Assembly: GCA_963682135.1 (NCBI GenBank)
Contig: OY821645.1
Coordinates: 2,624,001-2,688,000 of the forward strand
Length of the DNA: 64,000 nucleotides
Source: Methanothrix sp.
Lineage (GTDB): Archaea; Halobacteriota; Methanosarcinia; Methanotrichales; Methanotrichaceae
Direction of reading: 5' to 3'
Part shown: positions 8,601-18,269 of the stretch, piece after piece
Numbering within the stretch: the stretch's first letter is position 1
Layout: each line of letters starts with the position of its first letter
Translations under genes and position numbers: made by a program
Notes under the pieces: model-generated
Told to the model about the DNA's origin: nothing
The model's database searches: none
Seen by the model: the letters and a program-made list of their open reading frames with translations, nothing else

Positions 8601-11494
8601 GCGTAGAGAGCATTCGTGATAGCTACCCGGCATCGACAAAAGAGGCAAATGCCATTTTTGCAGGGGTATCGATTCTCTCAGATGTCAGCCAGATTGCCGG
8701 CTATGCAGGATTGCCGGTGTCCTTGACAGCCAGCAACGTTCCTGAAGTCCTGACATATGTGAACCGAGACAATGATATCAACTATATTCTGCTCAATGAG
8801 TCCGCTAATCGGATTGAGGCTGTTCAATCAGACTTCCTAATTCCCGAATCAAGCATGATCGGTGATATCAGGATGTCGTCAGTCAGAAAGCAGGCTATGT
8901 CGGCATCCTCATCAGGCGAAATGCGAAAGCTTCTCGAACAAATAGCATCGGGCGGCATACCGATGAATACCGGCACAATGTCCAAATCTCTGCAGAAAGG
9001 ACTCGCATCCAGTGCAAAGTCAATGAACCTGTATTCCAATTCTCAGGATCTTGCGACCTTTTCCTCAAAAGAGCTCTATTATTTAGGCAATCCCGATCTG
9101 GGAGACAGCAGAAGTCAGAAGAAAACAGTATCTGGAAGGTTAAGCTATGATGATCCTGAAGATTCGTATGAGCCGAAATATCTGCCAGACAGATTCTCTG
9201 TAAACATTAAGAGCCTGCCGGAGCGTTTTGAATTGCCAGGGAAGACCATCATATATGCGAATATCACGGAAAATGAAACTAATGTGGATGGCTTTAAAGT
9301 CAGAGCTTATTCGACAATTGCTGCAACAGGAACCGGCCTACCACCAATTCCATTCATTTGTATGATTTTAAATTCGCCTTCATCTCAAGTCGTGGATAGA
9401 ATTGACGTTGCGTCAGGCGATTCCGTATTTTTAAAGGCCTCCTTGCCATTGACAATTGCCCAAGCGCATGATAAGCCACTCTCCGGCTTCTCCCCTGACG
9501 GAATATGGCCACCGCAGCCTTGGTCATATACGTCTGGGATTTCGGGGAACTCTTCAAATACCATTATTTGTCTTTATCCGTTTAAATACAATTCTTCGAG
9601 AGAAGACGGCTGGTACAATTGCACACTTAACATCTCCGTTTCCATGAGGAACCTGACTGAAGAGAATAGGACAACTCTCAGACTTGAAAGCTATCCTGAG
9701 AGCATTGCTTTAAGCCCGAGTGCCTGTTTCCCACTAAAAGTGCGTGTCTTTAATGATATCTCATCTATCGGCAATGCCTCTGATGTCATTATTAGGGCGA
9801 GGGCTTCTGATGGCATAAATATAAGCAGCGATGAGGCACAGAGAAATTCCGACGGCTCTTTGCAATGGCCAATTATGAACTTTGGACGGTCGGCGACGGA
9901 TTACAATGCATTTCTCCCGCTCAATGTGTGTATCGAAAACAATACCTCTCCGGATACTGCTCAGCATTTGATCAATATAACCTCTGAATACATGGACGAC
10001 GATGTCCTTAGAAATGCAACGATAAGCATCCCCATAGTACAGATCTCACCGGATTCGGTTGATCTTGCAATAAGTGATGTGACTCTCAAGAATGATACAA
10101 TTGGGGAAAATAATCGTTACTGGGTAGATGCATCGATTGAAAATGCTGGAAAAGAGACTATAATCATGGCGCAGGTTATGCTATTTGTAGACGGGATATG
10201 CAAGGCGCAGGAAAGCATACCTGTTATTGAGAGCGGACACGAGCAAAATATAAGTCTTTTATTCCGACCAGCGTTTGGAAGGCATAATCTCTCAGTTGCA
10301 GTTGCAGCATCACCCTTTGAAGTCAATCTTCAGAACAATTACAGAAGCCTCAAGGATATCTATTTTAAGCCAGTTGAACAATGGATAGGCCCATCGGGTG
10401 CGAATGTGAGTGCAGTTGTCCAATCTATGCTAAAAGGTGATGGCGGGTTCATCGTTTTAGGCGTTTCGCAACCAGAGAATTCAAGTACATCCAGGACAGT
10501 CTTGATGAATATTTCGGGTAATGGTAGCATTGTATGGGAAAGAGAGCTGCCTCAGGGCAACTTTACGGGATATACGATGCTAAAATCAGGTGACGATTAT
10601 ATTGTCGCTGGGTCAAATATAATGAACGATCTGCAAGGAGAAGAGCTATTTGCCACGAAATGCAACAGCAATGGCATCGAGAAGGCTGGAGCCAACTGGT
10701 CTTTCGGCAAATACAGCAGGGAGCGAGCACTTTCAGTATGTGATACAGCAGATGGCGGATTTCTTTTGACTGGGTATGGAATGAAAACAAAGGCAAAATC
10801 CGGCATCTTGCTGATCAAAGCGAGACCAGGCTTTCCTGGTGATTATAAGGAATGGGATCGTCTAATTGGCATAGACAATAAGAACGGCTTAGGAAAATCC
10901 GTGGAAGAATGCAGGGATGGAAGCATCATAATAGCAGGATCTGCGGGTTCGCAGTCAGGCAATGACACAGATCTGTTGCTGCTGAATGCAGATTTTAACT
11001 TAAATCCAAAAAGCCTTCAGATATGGAATAAGACCTTTGGGGGAGGAAGAGACGATTTTGCTCTGAAGGTTACTCATGACCAGGATGGCGGCTATGTCAT
11101 ACTCGGTGGCACTTCCTCATTTGGAAACGGTGGCAACGATGTGTGGCTACTTAAAACTGATGCAGACGGACGAGAAATGTGGAACAGGACCTATGGCGGG
11201 ATCGGAGATGATGGCGCGGGGTCCCTCATCAAGACCGTTGACGGAGGATATCTCATTTCAGGTTATGCTGGAATGTCAGATCGCTGCACAAAGCCATGGA
11301 TTATAAAGACTGATGCCCATGGCTTTGAGGAATGGAATCTGACATTTAATGAAACAGGCAAAGCAACATCAGCACTTGAGCTGGATGATGGCAGCTTCGT
11401 TGTAGCAGGATACAGCGAATCCTGCGAGAGATTCCCCTCAAATCAGACAACAGTCTGGATAAGGAAGCTAAGGCCTGTAATAGCAGATGGGTAG
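5621..11494 (+). CDS. Giant multidomain surface protein (Ig-like, Asp-rich DNGxxxDGxxDDG motif, CARDB-like, C-terminal beta-propeller repeats)
   Basis: 1957-aa ORF; repeated WNKTFGG/WNRTYGG and DGGY..G motifs; frame stays open upstream to 5549. Confidence 0.75.
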   Translation: MLFIPAFCAEEQSGELDDISITSFGEPIEIDMDYYQLVPITIMNNGKKTHRLKISAINPYSDIYLSFISESPDKEYMGFAPGDKKTLVLSINAQDAASSTYNIIIDLIDKQTGQEKSFPLNISVRYSNLSFAFKDVTGPVDAQSDSKRFFVKNVGDDAPDIDVIAGDDIAGKVIIQRVPRDPSMSIAKGEGVDVTISPLLSDQNRAIYGNVIAKWGNNSRSYPVEFRCDGDILARTLTDPILYFNLKRSGCINKGTVNDLFYLPSGIKKEDVDYAYVDFELFPHSNQYKEYAVVVDFNGRELGKFVLAPLQDGVFQRHIRLDVTKHLNFSSSNSPNANKVHLSTDMDRGYYTPLSDARAVVCLKGEYHHYMCSNRSASHLPPYIYFNPEIAKSGSKLDLTIDSPVKGSTLDTSDFIVVSVRCNGTNVPFCRVSARSNLSKDVISLFDNGQNKDGAADDGIYGAPIGKSPAGSCHLSINAYLGGVSGQNETDFIVTRKYYPPDCPNLKLVDPVLSIDNQTLVGDRAIIIEPSVLHSISLHSSFENPCYISDGILNSNIGIKSCGQSISLDGFIRILNSSGEKNLDITLNSEVSFLDDPAVYGLNTLEFSAKPKEDEHFIQPDTISASVFLTPYKIQSHGVDPILYRPWRENANNGHGNVTIICSPEYEQHLAYNSSKDPSVTSFIAYLQLLGLTELAKKYPDAEVIIIPFRVGDSQDNICAAIERYVQQARDLAKVPLIVGAVPHVYVSYSPSNIIASQSYRAAYMSYAQASEINSMTFWDDLSSPKRALVSSDFRSEKIASPAAKKYKKYNLDDSIDYPLLLLCKKDMPLLQIGPEIMAVDLRTQSAFKSIYSIQRISPLVPIDHTFYLGGSANVGPFSISLNPSSLTISAGYKKVSGLIIVGDYSGIKAKPCLLTYYCKNLSLNDAMNNSVVTQFISPADLGRLDKSVSEIFKKSSITYKKWLSDYVEPDSTFSMLRACTENVLSFDQPVYDSVESIRDSYPASTKEANAIFAGVSILSDVSQIAGYAGLPVSLTASNVPEVLTYVNRDNDINYILLNESANRIEAVQSDFLIPESSMIGDIRMSSVRKQAMSASSSGEMRKLLEQIASGGIPMNTGTMSKSLQKGLASSAKSMNLYSNSQDLATFSSKELYYLGNPDLGDSRSQKKTVSGRLSYDDPEDSYEPKYLPDRFSVNIKSLPERFELPGKTIIYANITENETNVDGFKVRAYSTIAATGTGLPPIPFICMILNSPSSQVVDRIDVASGDSVFLKASLPLTIAQAHDKPLSGFSPDGIWPPQPWSYTSGISGNSSNTIICLYPFKYNSSREDGWYNCTLNISVSMRNLTEENRTTLRLESYPESIALSPSACFPLKVRVFNDISSIGNASDVIIRARASDGINISSDEAQRNSDGSLQWPIMNFGRSATDYNAFLPLNVCIENNTSPDTAQHLINITSEYMDDDVLRNATISIPIVQISPDSVDLAISDVTLKNDTIGENNRYWVDASIENAGKETIIMAQVMLFVDGICKAQESIPVIESGHEQNISLLFRPAFGRHNLSVAVAASPFEVNLQNNYRSLKDIYFKPVEQWIGPSGANVSAVVQSMLKGDGGFIVLGVSQPENSSTSRTVLMNISGNGSIVWERELPQGNFTGYTMLKSGDDYIVAGSNIMNDLQGEELFATKCNSNGIEKAGANWSFGKYSRERALSVCDTADGGFLLTGYGMKTKAKSGILLIKARPGFPGDYKEWDRLIGIDNKNGLGKSVEECRDGSIIIAGSAGSQSGNDTDLLLLNADFNLNPKSLQIWNKTFGGGRDDFALKVTHDQDGGYVILGGTSSFGNGGNDVWLLKTDADGREMWNRTYGGIGDDGAGSLIKTVDGGYLISGYAGMSDRCTKPWIIKTDAHGFEEWNLTFNETGKATSALELDDGSFVVAGYSESCERFPSNQTTVWIRKLRPVIADG

Positions 11495-11572
11495 GAAAGA
11501 TTATGGAGTCGGAGGACTGGCATCTTACTGATTTGACCGCCCGATCCACCGACTTTTATCTTGGTTTTCAAT

Positions 11573-13450
11573 TCAGGGAGCCATCCTTCTAGAAAGATAT
11601 AATTTGTAATCATCTTTGCATGAGACGTTCAAGAAAAATGGTCCCAATAGCCGTATTTGGCTGTCGTCATCCAGGAGGATGCTTTTAAGATTCTTAAGCA
11701 AAATTCCATTTTCGTTGACAGAATTTACCTTCATATCATCTATTACATCATTTTCAGCGATTTGCTTCAGCTCATCGGATATCTGCCATATACCGTCAAC
11801 TGTGGCGACTTCCGTCCCGTTTTCATCTCTGAACGCATTTAGGAAGGAAATGGCAATAGTCACAATCCTATTATGATTGTCATCGTAGCCTGGCATCTCT
11901 CTCTCATATGTAAACGTCCGATCGATCGCTTTTGAATCATCTGTAGATGGGCTCATCACTTTATCTGATTTGGGTATTGCCTTTCCATCTTTATAGAGCG
12001 TTGCATACACCTTATTTCCTGCGGGTATATCGATATTTTCTATTTTGAGTTCAAATCCCTCTTCTAGCAGGATGGATTCTCCCCTGGAGACATTTATCCG
12101 CTCACTTTGATCTTTGAGCACCTTTAGCAGCTTGCCATCATTAAGAAGGCTTTTAATATCGGATTTCTCGTAGATGATTGAACTTTCTGTCGGCTCATCT
12201 CGGCAGTATCCCGCAAAATAGGGCTCTCCTAAAAAGCCTATTACTGAATAATTTCCCCAATTCCGATAAGCAAATTTCTTTGCTCCTGGTTTGCTGGAAT
12301 ACTCTGCAGCATTCTTTTCAATTCTCATTTTGGAGTCTTGGGCATCAGTCAGTCTGAGGATGAGGCATTCGCTTCCGACATCATCATCCATGTCGTAATA
12401 AAAGCCCACAAATCTGTAAGGATTCCAGGAAAACCGGGAGAATTCCCTCGGATCCACCACATTACTTCTGACAGAATCTAGATTGCTCTTGTATGGATAG
12501 AATCTAAGTGTGTCATTATCGGCTATTCTAAGGCCAATGTTATCGGCTATTGTCTTGTTATTTCCTTTGCCAAGCGTTATGCCTCCATGATTTTTCATCA
12601 GGATTTTGCTGCCGTCATAATCATATACCGACAATAGTCCAAATTTATTACTTGCCTCAATATTCTTGATAGGTTTATCAGATAGCTGAAATATGCCATC
12701 AACCAAGATCCAATCGGCTTCATCATCCATATGTATATCTTTTAGATGAATCATGATAAATGGTATATCAATACCCTTGTAATTAATATTAAAAACAATT
12801 GTAGAACGCCTGATGGATTTGCTATCAATATCCCTCTCTTGGATGTGTTCTCCCTTTATTTCTCGATCACCATTCATCAACACAAGAGTTGCTTCTTTAT
12901 ATTGTCCATCATTTGCGTCATTATCTCGAATATCTGTCACCTTGATGGAATATCCTTCTTCTAGTGGCGGCAGAAAACCCCCTGAATTGGCTTGAAAATC
13001 GCCTTTGATATCGGTTAATACCTTGAACAGAAGGCCCCTTTCGAGAAGGTTTGTATCCTCATCAGAGAAATCCTGATTTCGTCCCTGATTGCTGGCAAAG
13101 TACTGTTCTCCGAGGAAGTCTATGACCTCGTAGCTGCCCCAATCCTCAAATTTGAATTCCTTTTTTCGGGTAAATGACGAATACAATAGACTGCCAGGAT
13201 CAATCTGCCTTTGATCATCGGAATTCAGGTGGATGCTTATTTTCTCACTATTCAGTTCATCGTCGCGCAATTCGTTACAGTTATTGGAATCCAAAGAAAA
13301 TCCAGAAAAAGTCTCTTTTGTACAAGTGTATTCATCAGATGAGATTCCTTGCCTCCAGACTAGATCCCCAACAGGATCTTCCTGAGCGGTGGAATACGAT
13401 ATCAATAAAAACGAAGCTAAGCAAATTAGATGCAATACAAGTTTAATCAT
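11573..13450 (-). CDS. S-layer domain protein (Methanosarcinales S-layer duplication type), divergent
   Basis: Signal peptide; two repeats with WG.Y.VI.FLGE.YFA, VDGI(F/W)Q(L/I)SD, GFYYDMDDDVG.E; GGAGG upstream of ATG 13450. Confidence 0.8.
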   Translation of the reverse strand: MIKLVLHLICLASFLLISYSTAQEDPVGDLVWRQGISSDEYTCTKETFSGFSLDSNNCNELRDDELNSEKISIHLNSDDQRQIDPGSLLYSSFTRKKEFKFEDWGSYEVIDFLGEQYFASNQGRNQDFSDEDTNLLERGLLFKVLTDIKGDFQANSGGFLPPLEEGYSIKVTDIRDNDANDGQYKEATLVLMNGDREIKGEHIQERDIDSKSIRRSTIVFNINYKGIDIPFIMIHLKDIHMDDEADWILVDGIFQLSDKPIKNIEASNKFGLLSVYDYDGSKILMKNHGGITLGKGNNKTIADNIGLRIADNDTLRFYPYKSNLDSVRSNVVDPREFSRFSWNPYRFVGFYYDMDDDVGSECLILRLTDAQDSKMRIEKNAAEYSSKPGAKKFAYRNWGNYSVIGFLGEPYFAGYCRDEPTESSIIYEKSDIKSLLNDGKLLKVLKDQSERINVSRGESILLEEGFELKIENIDIPAGNKVYATLYKDGKAIPKSDKVMSPSTDDSKAIDRTFTYEREMPGYDDNHNRIVTIAISFLNAFRDENGTEVATVDGIWQISDELKQIAENDVIDDMKVNSVNENGILLKNLKSILLDDDSQIRLLGPFFLNVSCKDDYKLYLSRRMAP

Positions 13451-13546
13451 AACAATACCTCCAAATGCAACTTTTTTAGGATGGTAACTCACATTTGATA
13501 TTTAATTCTATCTAGGCGAAAAAGAGATTAGATCGTCGGGATTCCT

Positions 13547-14308
13547 TTGATCATGAATTCCGATCTGGCTGTCATCGGCGGCGTGGGCTTCGCCTTGTCA
13601 GGGCAGACTGATGAGGTGGAGACCCCCTATGGCAAAGTTCCCATCGTTCGCTGCAATTTGATGGAAAAAGAGATCGTCTTCATCTCCCGCCATGGAGATG
13701 ACCACCTGCCTCCTCACAAAGTCAACTACCGGGCCATAATCTCCGCTGCCAGGATAGCGGGCGCAAGCGCCGTAATCTCCACCAACACCGTGGGCAGCAT
13801 GGCCGGGCATCCCATGGGCAGCATCTTTTTGCCGAGCGACTTTGTGGAGTTTACCAAAAACAGGCCCAATACATTCTTTGAAGAGAGAGCCGTTCATGTG
13901 GATATGGGCCGCCCCTACTGCCCGCATCTTCGCAGCTCATTGATTACGGCGGCCGGCCTGCTTGGCCAGACGGTGGGTGAGGGCGTCTACGTCTGCGCCG
14001 AGGGCCCGCATCTGGAGTCTCCCGCCCAGATCAGAATGATGCGCCTGTTTGGGGATGTGGTGGGAATGACCGGCTATCCAGAGGTAGCCCTGGCCAGGGA
14101 AGCGGCGCTTTGCTATGCATCGCTATGCATCGTCACCAATCCGGCTGCCGGAATGATGGGAGGAAGCGACCTGGCCATCTCAGAGATCACCATTCTCATG
14201 AGAAAGAATCAGGAAATTGTGGCGGAGATAATCAAACTGGCAGCGCAAGAAATTTCGGATCAGAGGTTATGCCGATGCAGAGATGCCCTGGGAGATGCGG
14301 GGCTTTGA
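13547..14308 (+). CDS. mtnP: MTAP-family purine nucleoside (methylthioinosine/methylthioadenosine) phosphorylase
   Basis: VETPYG, SRHG..H..PPH.VNYRA, EGP.LESPAQ, VVGMTGYPE. Confidence 0.88.
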   Translation: MIMNSDLAVIGGVGFALSGQTDEVETPYGKVPIVRCNLMEKEIVFISRHGDDHLPPHKVNYRAIISAARIAGASAVISTNTVGSMAGHPMGSIFLPSDFVEFTKNRPNTFFEERAVHVDMGRPYCPHLRSSLITAAGLLGQTVGEGVYVCAEGPHLESPAQIRMMRLFGDVVGMTGYPEVALAREAALCYASLCIVTNPAAGMMGGSDLAISEITILMRKNQEIVAEIIKLAAQEISDQRLCRCRDALGDAGL

Positions 14309-14395
14309 GAGAACGCTGATGGCCCCAAAGAAGCATCATCCAATAGATGCCCATCAATAAATTTATATATTAATTTATACAGTAATCCATTTGCT

Positions 14396-14953
14396 ATGTA
14401 TTCCACACGAATTGCCGGATTGCTTTCCTTCGTCGCAGCCTCGCAATTTCTCATCTGTATGCTTATCTGTGAGGCGCTTTATCCCGGATACAGCATCTCA
14501 GAAAATATGATAAGCGATCTGGGCGTCGGCTCGACTGCGGGATTATTCAACAGCTCCATCATCGTCCTGGGCCTGCTGATAATTTTCTCTGCAATATCAT
14601 TTCATTCTTTTCACAAAAATAGGATATTCACCATTCTAATGATCCTGACCGGCGCGGGTGCGATGGGTGTCGGCATATTCCCTGAAAACTTAAGACCTTA
14701 CCATGAGATCTCCGCCGGCATTACTTTTATATTTGGCGGATTATCGGAAATCTTGTCTTTTGTCCTAGTAAGGTTTCCCATGTCCATGTCGGTAATCTTC
14801 CTGGGCGGGTTAACTTTAGGTTCCCTAATATTGTTTGCACTTGGAGTCCATCTGGGACTGGGACCGGGCGGTATGGAAAGGATGATCGTCTATCCGGTGA
14901 TCCTCTGGGGAGCAGGCTTTGGAGGATATCTGATGGCCTCAGAGCGAAGATAG
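14396..14953 (+). CDS. DUF998-type membrane protein
   Basis: YPGYS...N.ISDLG, GVGIFPE, GGMER; about 5 TM segments. Confidence 0.75.
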   Translation: MYSTRIAGLLSFVAASQFLICMLICEALYPGYSISENMISDLGVGSTAGLFNSSIIVLGLLIIFSAISFHSFHKNRIFTILMILTGAGAMGVGIFPENLRPYHEISAGITFIFGGLSEILSFVLVRFPMSMSVIFLGGLTLGSLILFALGVHLGLGPGGMERMIVYPVILWGAGFGGYLMASERR

Positions 14954-15004
14954 TATTTACCTCTTGCAGGTCATCAAGCCATCATCGATAGTTGGTGGAA
15001 AATT

Positions 15005-15793
15005 ATGCCCGAACTTCCTGAAGTGGAGATGGCTCGCAGATATTTGCGGGCCACAGCGCTGCATCAGTCCATCCGGGCGGCAGAGGTCAGGGACGATCGC
15101 ATCCTGGCCGGTATATCCGCGACCGAATTCGAGCAGGCCCTGGCCGGCAATCAGTTTTACTGCGCTATGCGTCACGGCAAGAGGCTCTTTTTGAAGCTGC
15201 ATGATTCGCTCTGGCTGACGCTTCATCTGGGCCTCACTGGAAGGCTGATCTATCAGGAAAGCGGGGCAGAAGAGCCCAGTCACACCCGCCTGCTCATATC
15301 CTTCGAAAAAGGCCAAAACCTGGCCTTCGATGACCCCAGGATCTTCGGCGAGGTGGGCCTCGCGAAAAGCCCCCAGGCCTTCCTGGTGGAGCGAAAGATC
15401 GGACCGGATGCCCTTCAGCTCGACCAGGATGGCTTTCTAGAGATCATGAAGGGCAGAAAAGGCCTGATCAAACCTGCGCTGCTCAATCAGAGGCTTATCG
15501 CGGGCCTGGGCAATCTCTATGCCGATGAGTCCCTCTTTCAGGCAGGCATCTGTCCCAAGACTCGCGGCCTGACAATTGGGCAGCTCACAACCCTTTTCTC
15601 GTCCATCCAGGAAGTGCTGAAGAAGGCTCTTGCCACTCATGCCGATCTGGAAGAACTGCCTGATTCCTACCTCCTGCCCCATCGCCATCCCCAAGGAAGA
15701 TGCCCAAGAGATGATGCTCTTCTCAGACGCGAAAAGATCGGCGGGAGGACCTGCTACTATTGCCCCGTGCATCAAAAAATGAAAAAAAGTTAA
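15005..15793 (+). CDS. mutM: Fpg/Nei-family DNA glycosylase
   Basis: MPELPEVE, RHGKRL, HLGLTG, GLGNLYADE.LF. Confidence 0.9.
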   Translation: MPELPEVEMARRYLRATALHQSIRAAEVRDDRILAGISATEFEQALAGNQFYCAMRHGKRLFLKLHDSLWLTLHLGLTGRLIYQESGAEEPSHTRLLISFEKGQNLAFDDPRIFGEVGLAKSPQAFLVERKIGPDALQLDQDGFLEIMKGRKGLIKPALLNQRLIAGLGNLYADESLFQAGICPKTRGLTIGQLTTLFSSIQEVLKKALATHADLEELPDSYLLPHRHPQGRCPRDDALLRREKIGGRTCYYCPVHQKMKKS

Positions 15794-15875
15794 GAATAAA
15801 TAGTACGAATCATGTATGATAACTGTCCAGCAGCTCTTGCAGAAATCATGGCTGCCGGCGGGGAAGGGTAGGAGA

Positions 15876-16268
15876 ATGAAAGAAGGAGAAGATGTTTCCT
15901 GCGATGTAATCGATCAGTCGGTGCTGGCCAGCCTCCGAGAGCTGCAAGATGTTGGGGACCCGGATATCATCGCTGAGGTGGGCGGACTATTCATCAAGCA
16001 TTCGCCTGAGAAGGTAAGAGCTATTTTACAGTCTGTGGAAAGCGGGAACGCCAAGGGGTTGCACATGGCTGCCCACAGCCTGAAGTCCAGCAGCGCTTAC
16101 GTCGGAGCGATGCGTCTCTCGGTTCTGGCCAAGGAACTCGAGCTGATGGGACGGTCAAATTCATTGGACGGGGCTGCAGAGTTGGCGCAAAGGCTGAAAA
16201 CGGAATTCATCCTTGTAATGGCCGCTCTTGAAAAGGAGATCAATGAGCAAGGCAAAGAGCGTTTGTGA
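15876..16268 (+). CDS. Stand-alone Hpt (histidine phosphotransfer) domain protein
   Basis: AAHSLKSSSAYVGAMRLS motif. Confidence 0.85.
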   Translation: MKEGEDVSCDVIDQSVLASLRELQDVGDPDIIAEVGGLFIKHSPEKVRAILQSVESGNAKGLHMAAHSLKSSSAYVGAMRLSVLAKELELMGRSNSLDGAAELAQRLKTEFILVMAALEKEINEQGKERL

Positions 16269-16923
16269 TCGCGTCTACACCGTCGGTGGATCGGATCTCT
16301 CTGCACCGGAAGATGCTTTCGTCTATCTGGTGGATGCCGGGTCAGAGCTGGTGCTGGTAGATGCCGGTGTAGGCTATGGCATAAGCAGAATTGAAGAGAA
16401 TATCCAGTCGCTGGGCTTTGAGCCGGCCAGAGTCTGGCATATAATCGCCACCCACTGCCATATCGATCATATCGGAGGCCTTTTCGCCTGGAAGGAGCGC
16501 TACGGCTGCAAGATAATCGCCCACGAGCTGGACCGGGCGGGAATTGAGGGCGAAAACAACGCACTTACGGCGGCCAGTATGTACGGTGTGGACTACAAAC
16601 CGGTCTTGGTGGACACGTTGCTCAAGGGTGAAACACAAAAGCTCGCCCTGGGCGATTTGGAGTTTAACTTCCTGCACACTCCCGGGCACACGCCCGGCAG
16701 CGTCTGCGTCTATATCGATACTAAAGACGGCCGGGTCCTATTCGGACAGGACATTCATGGGCCGTTCTCACCTGCATGGGGATCGGATCTAAAGAAGTGG
16801 CGCGTTTCCATGCAAAAGCTGCTGGCTTTGCGAGCTGATGTGCTCTGCGAGGGGCATGCAGGCATCTTTCGAGGGGAAAAAATAGGCAAGTATATTGAGT
16901 CGTATTTGAAGAAATACACATAA
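16243..16923 (+). CDS. MBL-fold metallo-hydrolase
   Basis: THCHIDHIGG, TPGHTPG, CEGH. Confidence 0.88.
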   Translation: MSKAKSVCDRVYTVGGSDLSAPEDAFVYLVDAGSELVLVDAGVGYGISRIEENIQSLGFEPARVWHIIATHCHIDHIGGLFAWKERYGCKIIAHELDRAGIEGENNALTAASMYGVDYKPVLVDTLLKGETQKLALGDLEFNFLHTPGHTPGSVCVYIDTKDGRVLFGQDIHGPFSPAWGSDLKKWRVSMQKLLALRADVLCEGHAGIFRGEKIGKYIESYLKKYT

Positions 16924-16937
16924 ATTGCTGATACGAA

Positions 16938-17370
16938 TTGAGGACGGTGAGGCTCATTACCTACAAGTCATGGCTCATAATAATAGCAGCGGTGCTGATC
17001 GCAGGTGCTATAATTTTTTCCGAAGATAGGGAATCGTCCGGTCCTGGATCATCCACATCCGGATATAGCGGTAGTTTTGCAGGCATTCCTGATCAATAAT
17101 TTCCGAAATCAGGGCAGCGAGCATCTATGGCTCCTGGTAAAAAATCAGCAGGGTGAGAGCATGTATGTCGATCCCAGCTCAGATAAGATGAAGGCTGATT
17201 CCATCTGCCCTACAATGCCCGAGTACAAGAGCTATCAAGAGATGTTTAAGGATATCTATGAGCTAAGCAGCAATATGGGTGGCGTGGATAAGTACGCCTG
17301 GTGGAATACGGATGACGGAAGAAAGCTGTACGAAAACAGCGTCATGCTGCTGAAAAAAGAGCAGCTTTAG
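16938..17370 (+). pseudogene. Probable split gene: membrane-anchor ORF (16938-17099) plus out-of-frame C-terminal ORF (17077-17370)
   Basis: 53-aa ORF with a TM helix (WLIIIAAVLIAGAIIF) overlapping a 97-aa ORF that lacks a good start. Confidence 0.4.
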
Positions 17371-17978
17371 CCGTTCATCCTCTCATTTTTGTTCCAACTC
17401 ATTCTACTTTCAAGCGCTGCCCGTGCCGCCAGTCGGGCGAGTCGCACCGGCTCCGGCACCCGTCCATCTCGCGTGAATTTATTGAGCAGAATTCTTGCTT
17501 CATCGGGCGAGGCTCCCCAGACCCGGACGAAGACCTCATGACCCGTCCGGAGACGGACACACTGGCGCTCACCGAGCTTGCAGTAAAGGCGAAGCTTCTC
17601 ATCCGGGCTGGGAAAATACTGGCGAATATATCTTTCCAGGCCGGGAGATTCCTCGTAGGTGAGGCAGACCAAGGGCCTTTGTGTCTCTTCGAAGACCCGC
17701 TTTAGATCGATGATGTTAAACCAGCTTAAGGCCACGCCGCTTAAGATCAGAGCATTCACATCCTCTCGGTCCAGCTGCCGGTAAAGGCTGAGCACCGCCT
17801 CTGTACCATCGTCGCCGCCCACAGTGGCATGGGCATAAGCCAGGCCGTCCACGCGCAGGTCGGCACGCATGACCACGCCGGCAATTGTGGAGGTAGAGGA
17901 AGAGCGCACAAAGCTTTCCGCAATCCCCAAAACTCGCAAAGCCGGCTTGTTGAGATGAAGAGACACTGGCGAGACCAC
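17367..17978 (-). CDS. DUF99-family (endonuclease V-like) protein
   Basis: RVLGIAESF, TVGGDDGT, FNIIDL, GRVPEPVRLA. Confidence 0.82.
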   Translation of the reverse strand: MVSPVSLHLNKPALRVLGIAESFVRSSSTSTIAGVVMRADLRVDGLAYAHATVGGDDGTEAVLSLYRQLDREDVNALILSGVALSWFNIIDLKRVFEETQRPLVCLTYEESPGLERYIRQYFPSPDEKLRLYCKLGERQCVRLRTGHEVFVRVWGASPDEARILLNKFTRDGRVPEPVRLARLAARAALESRMSWNKNERMNG

Positions 17979-17979
17979 C

Positions 17980-18267
17980 CTAATCCTGCCCGGATTTTCC
18001 CGCCTTTTCCAGGATATCTCTCAGAGGCGGAGCTATCTCTAAAATGGCCTCGATAGTCATCGGCTCGCCTGCAACGGATACTGCGTACTGTCCTGCCGGC
18101 TCGACGATAAGCATGGCAAGAGGCGTTACCTGAATAGCCTGGACCTTGTCCTCAAAGCTCTTCAGAACTGTGATTCTGGTCACAGGCCAAATTGTTCTAT
18201 CGCCCGCTTTTATCTCCTTGCCCACCAATACCTGCAGATCTATCTCAGGAAGCCCGATTTTCTCCAT
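17980..18267 (-). CDS. GerW/YtfJ-like small protein
   Basis: VGKEIKAGDRTIWPV...VTPLAMLIV; ATG at 18267 just after the upstream stop. Confidence 0.6.
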   Translation of the reverse strand: MEKIGLPEIDLQVLVGKEIKAGDRTIWPVTRITVLKSFEDKVQAIQVTPLAMLIVEPAGQYAVSVAGEPMTIEAILEIAPPLRDILEKAGKSGQD

Positions 18268-18269
18268 GA

